DNA of 63,932 bases, filler included, from an uncultured bacterium (GTDB lineage Bacteria > CAYSBA01), in the NCBI GenBank assembly GCA_964429075.1. It is 7 parts of 7 records of this genome, joined end to end, with 100 filler letters (N's around TTAATTAATTAA, not from the genome) between each part and the next. Parts side by side here need not be neighbours in the genome. Positions count along the whole stretch, not along the records: positions 58,625 to 63,932 come from CAYSBA010000112.1; 6 more parts are not named here. One strand, written 5' to 3'. Under the pieces are notes generated by a model. That model searched no databases, was not told where the DNA came from, and saw only the letters and a program-made list of their open reading frames with translations. Below are positions 62,077-63,932 of the stretch, one piece after another (the stretch's first letter is position 1; every line of letters starts with the position of its first letter). The translations under genes and the position numbers were made by a program.

Positions 62077-62733
62077 ATGCCATTAAGTAGAGAACAGATC
62101 GTAAAAAGGGCTGCTAAGGAACTTAAAGATGGCTACTATGTAAACCTTGGAATAGGGATGCCTACCCTTGTGTCAAATTACATCCCGGAAGGTATGACCG
62201 TCATCTTGCATTCAGAAAATGGTATGCTTGGTGTAGGACCCTTCCCTTATGAAGGCGATGAGGATCCGGATCTGATCAACGCCGGTAAGCAGACCGTTAC
62301 AGAACTACCTGGTGCCTGTTATTTCTCCAGTGCTGACTCCTTTGCAATGATACGTGGTGGACATATCGATGTATCAATCCTTGGTGCAATGCAGGTATCA
62401 GAAAAGGGAGACATTGCCAACTGGATGATCCCTGGCAAGATGGTAAAGGGGATGGGTGGCGCTATGGACCTTGTGAGTGGTGCAAAACGTGTTATAGTAA
62501 CAATGACACATGTATCAAAGAAGGGCGATAAAAAGATACTCAAAGAATGCACACTGCCACTAACAGGTAAAGGAGTTGTAGATCTGATCATAACAGATTA
62601 TGCTGTGATTAAGGTCACAGAAAAAGGACTACTTCTACTCGAAAAGGCTCCGGACCTTACCGTAGAGGATATCCAGAAGGCAACAGAACCACATCTTATG
62701 GTAGCAGAAGATCTCAAGGATATAGAGGTCTGA
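62077..62733 (+). CDS. scoB: 3-oxoacid CoA-transferase subunit B
   Basis: [13 protein letters not shown] active-site Glu, GMGGAMDLV. Confidence 0.9.
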   Translation: MPLSREQIVKRAAKELKDGYYVNLGIGMPTLVSNYIPEGMTVILHSENGMLGVGPFPYEGDEDPDLINAGKQTVTELPGACYFSSADSFAMIRGGHIDVSILGAMQVSEKGDIANWMIPGKMVKGMGGAMDLVSGAKRVIVTMTHVSKKGDKKILKECTLPLTGKGVVDLIITDYAVIKVTEKGLLLLEKAPDLTVEDIQKATEPHLMVAEDLKDIEV

Positions 62734-62744
62734 ACCTACAGCAC

Positions 62745-63461
62745 TTGCAGCTCAACAAATATATAAATATTTTTATCGAGGGAGAGTTAGATTGTTTGAG
62801 TTCTCTCTCCCTCATCTTTAAAAAAAATGGATTTGATTTAACTGTAACACATCTTAGAGATTGCATTAAACCTTCTTACGAAACTCTCCTCTTTTTTTCT
62901 AAAAATCGCATAATCGATCCCATAAAAGGCAGATTAAACAAAAAACCCTTCCCAGTAGAGATTGAAATAGAAAAGGATATCTTTATTGGAAATCTTGAGG
63001 ATACAGCACTTTATGATGGCTCTGGACTTATGGTCCTTTACTCTGAGCTGCTGGAAAAGATCGATCATGCAGATTCTATAAAGGTAATAATTACAAATAG
63101 ATATTTAGCCACACCAGATCCTTCTGGTAAATACCACATAAGATACGGGGTATACGGTGATATTGGCATAATATCTACAAAGGGTATTATCTACGGGCCT
63201 GCAAGACCAAGAGAGTATTATACAGGCAAGATTACACAGGATATAGACTTTCTAAGAGAAAAAGATCCAAGACTGCCGATTGCACTCTTTTGGTTCGTAC
63301 TTATGCAACAGCGTTTTGTTGTTCTCGGTCATCCTTTTTGCAGGACAAAAGGTTGTGTATTCTTCAATCCGCACTGGCAGATTGATCTTATTAAATCACA
63401 GATCAATGGAAAACCCTGCAGGAGCTGCTCTTTATCTTTAAATCTTGATGTAACTATTTAA
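62745..63461 (+). CDS. Putative DUF6775-like metallopeptidase
   Basis: YDG, TNR, YHIR, GPARPREYY, DPR, PFC-x4-C-x2-NPHWQ, C-x2-C. Confidence 0.6.
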   Translation: MQLNKYINIFIEGELDCLSSLSLIFKKNGFDLTVTHLRDCIKPSYETLLFFSKNRIIDPIKGRLNKKPFPVEIEIEKDIFIGNLEDTALYDGSGLMVLYSELLEKIDHADSIKVIITNRYLATPDPSGKYHIRYGVYGDIGIISTKGIIYGPARPREYYTGKITQDIDFLREKDPRLPIALFWFVLMQQRFVVLGHPFCRTKGCVFFNPHWQIDLIKSQINGKPCRSCSLSLNLDVTI

Positions 63462-63932
63462 ATAATGCCTGCAGAGCTTGACTTTACCCAGCCAACCAGA
63501 CCTGAATAGAGCTTTACCTTTATCCAGCCATCCTTTGTTCGTTGCACAACAAAACCTGTGCCATCGTGTAAGACATGGATTGTCCTGGATACACTGTCTG
63601 GCCCCTCTTTAAGATCGGCCATCTTCTCAATTATAAATCCTTTTTTCGTAGAATCAACGAAACGAAACCTCATATAAATCATACTACCCATAAAAAGAGA
63701 AATTACTATTAAAATTACTACAGGTATGTTCAGCTGAGAAAGCTCCCTTTTTAAGATTATTTTTATTGACAACAAAAGAAAGATACCACAGAATGCTATA
63801 ATAAATATGATGTTAAAAAAGACTGTACCTGCTGGTTTGAGAAATTTCTTTAAAAGACTTACATCTTCTTGTTCTATTTTCTGAGAGGTCTCATCAAGAT
63901 CTTTGATCCTGAGCTCTTCCGCTACTCTGTAG
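63458..63932 (-). CDS. BatE-like membrane protein with a C-terminal SH3b domain, 5'-truncated by the window edge
   Basis: Frame open to the window end; two TM helices, then GPD...LHDGT...GWIKV...GLVGWV. Confidence 0.75.
   Translation of the reverse strand, partial: YRVAEELRIKDLDETSQKIEQEDVSLLKKFLKPAGTVFFNIIFIIAFCGIFLLLSIKIILKRELSQLNIPVVILIVISLFMGSMIYMRFRFVDSTKKGFIIEKMADLKEGPDSVSRTIHVLHDGTGFVVQRTKDGWIKVKLYSGLVGWVKSSSAGII

Overview
AT-rich bacterial DNA (roughly 35-40% GC by eye) from a fragmented, probably metagenome-assembled genome. Seven contig pieces are joined by 100-nt N spacers carrying TTAATTAATTAA, so gene order across spacers means nothing. Gene content looks deltaproteobacterial/Myxococcota-like despite the low GC. 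It includes an Agl-Glt 'core' operon (gltC/D/E/F-aglR/Q/S-gltG-like), Tgl/PilF, PilS/PilR-like regulators, an Flp pilin, several C-x-x-D-x-D-C disulfide-repeat lipoproteins, and a >788-aa BPI/LBP-like exported protein that the ORF track missed. Housekeeping genes include trxA, fadN/fadA-like, sodB, tsaB, uvrBC, a Do-family protease, pgsA, rpsP-khpA-rimM-trmD-tgt, queD/queE, rplJ-rplL-rpoB-rpoC, surE and a thiolase-scoAB cluster. No rRNA, tRNA, CRISPR array or transposase was recognised. Best leads: (1) the BPI/LBP-like protein with an EF-hand loop, divergent from Cys-rich lipoproteins and a pilin; (2) an Agl motor whose AglQ-like subunit has Asn at the proton-binding Asp; (3) RpoB with Pro at the E. 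coli S1322 switch-region position. All family assignments come from motif recognition by eye, not database searches.
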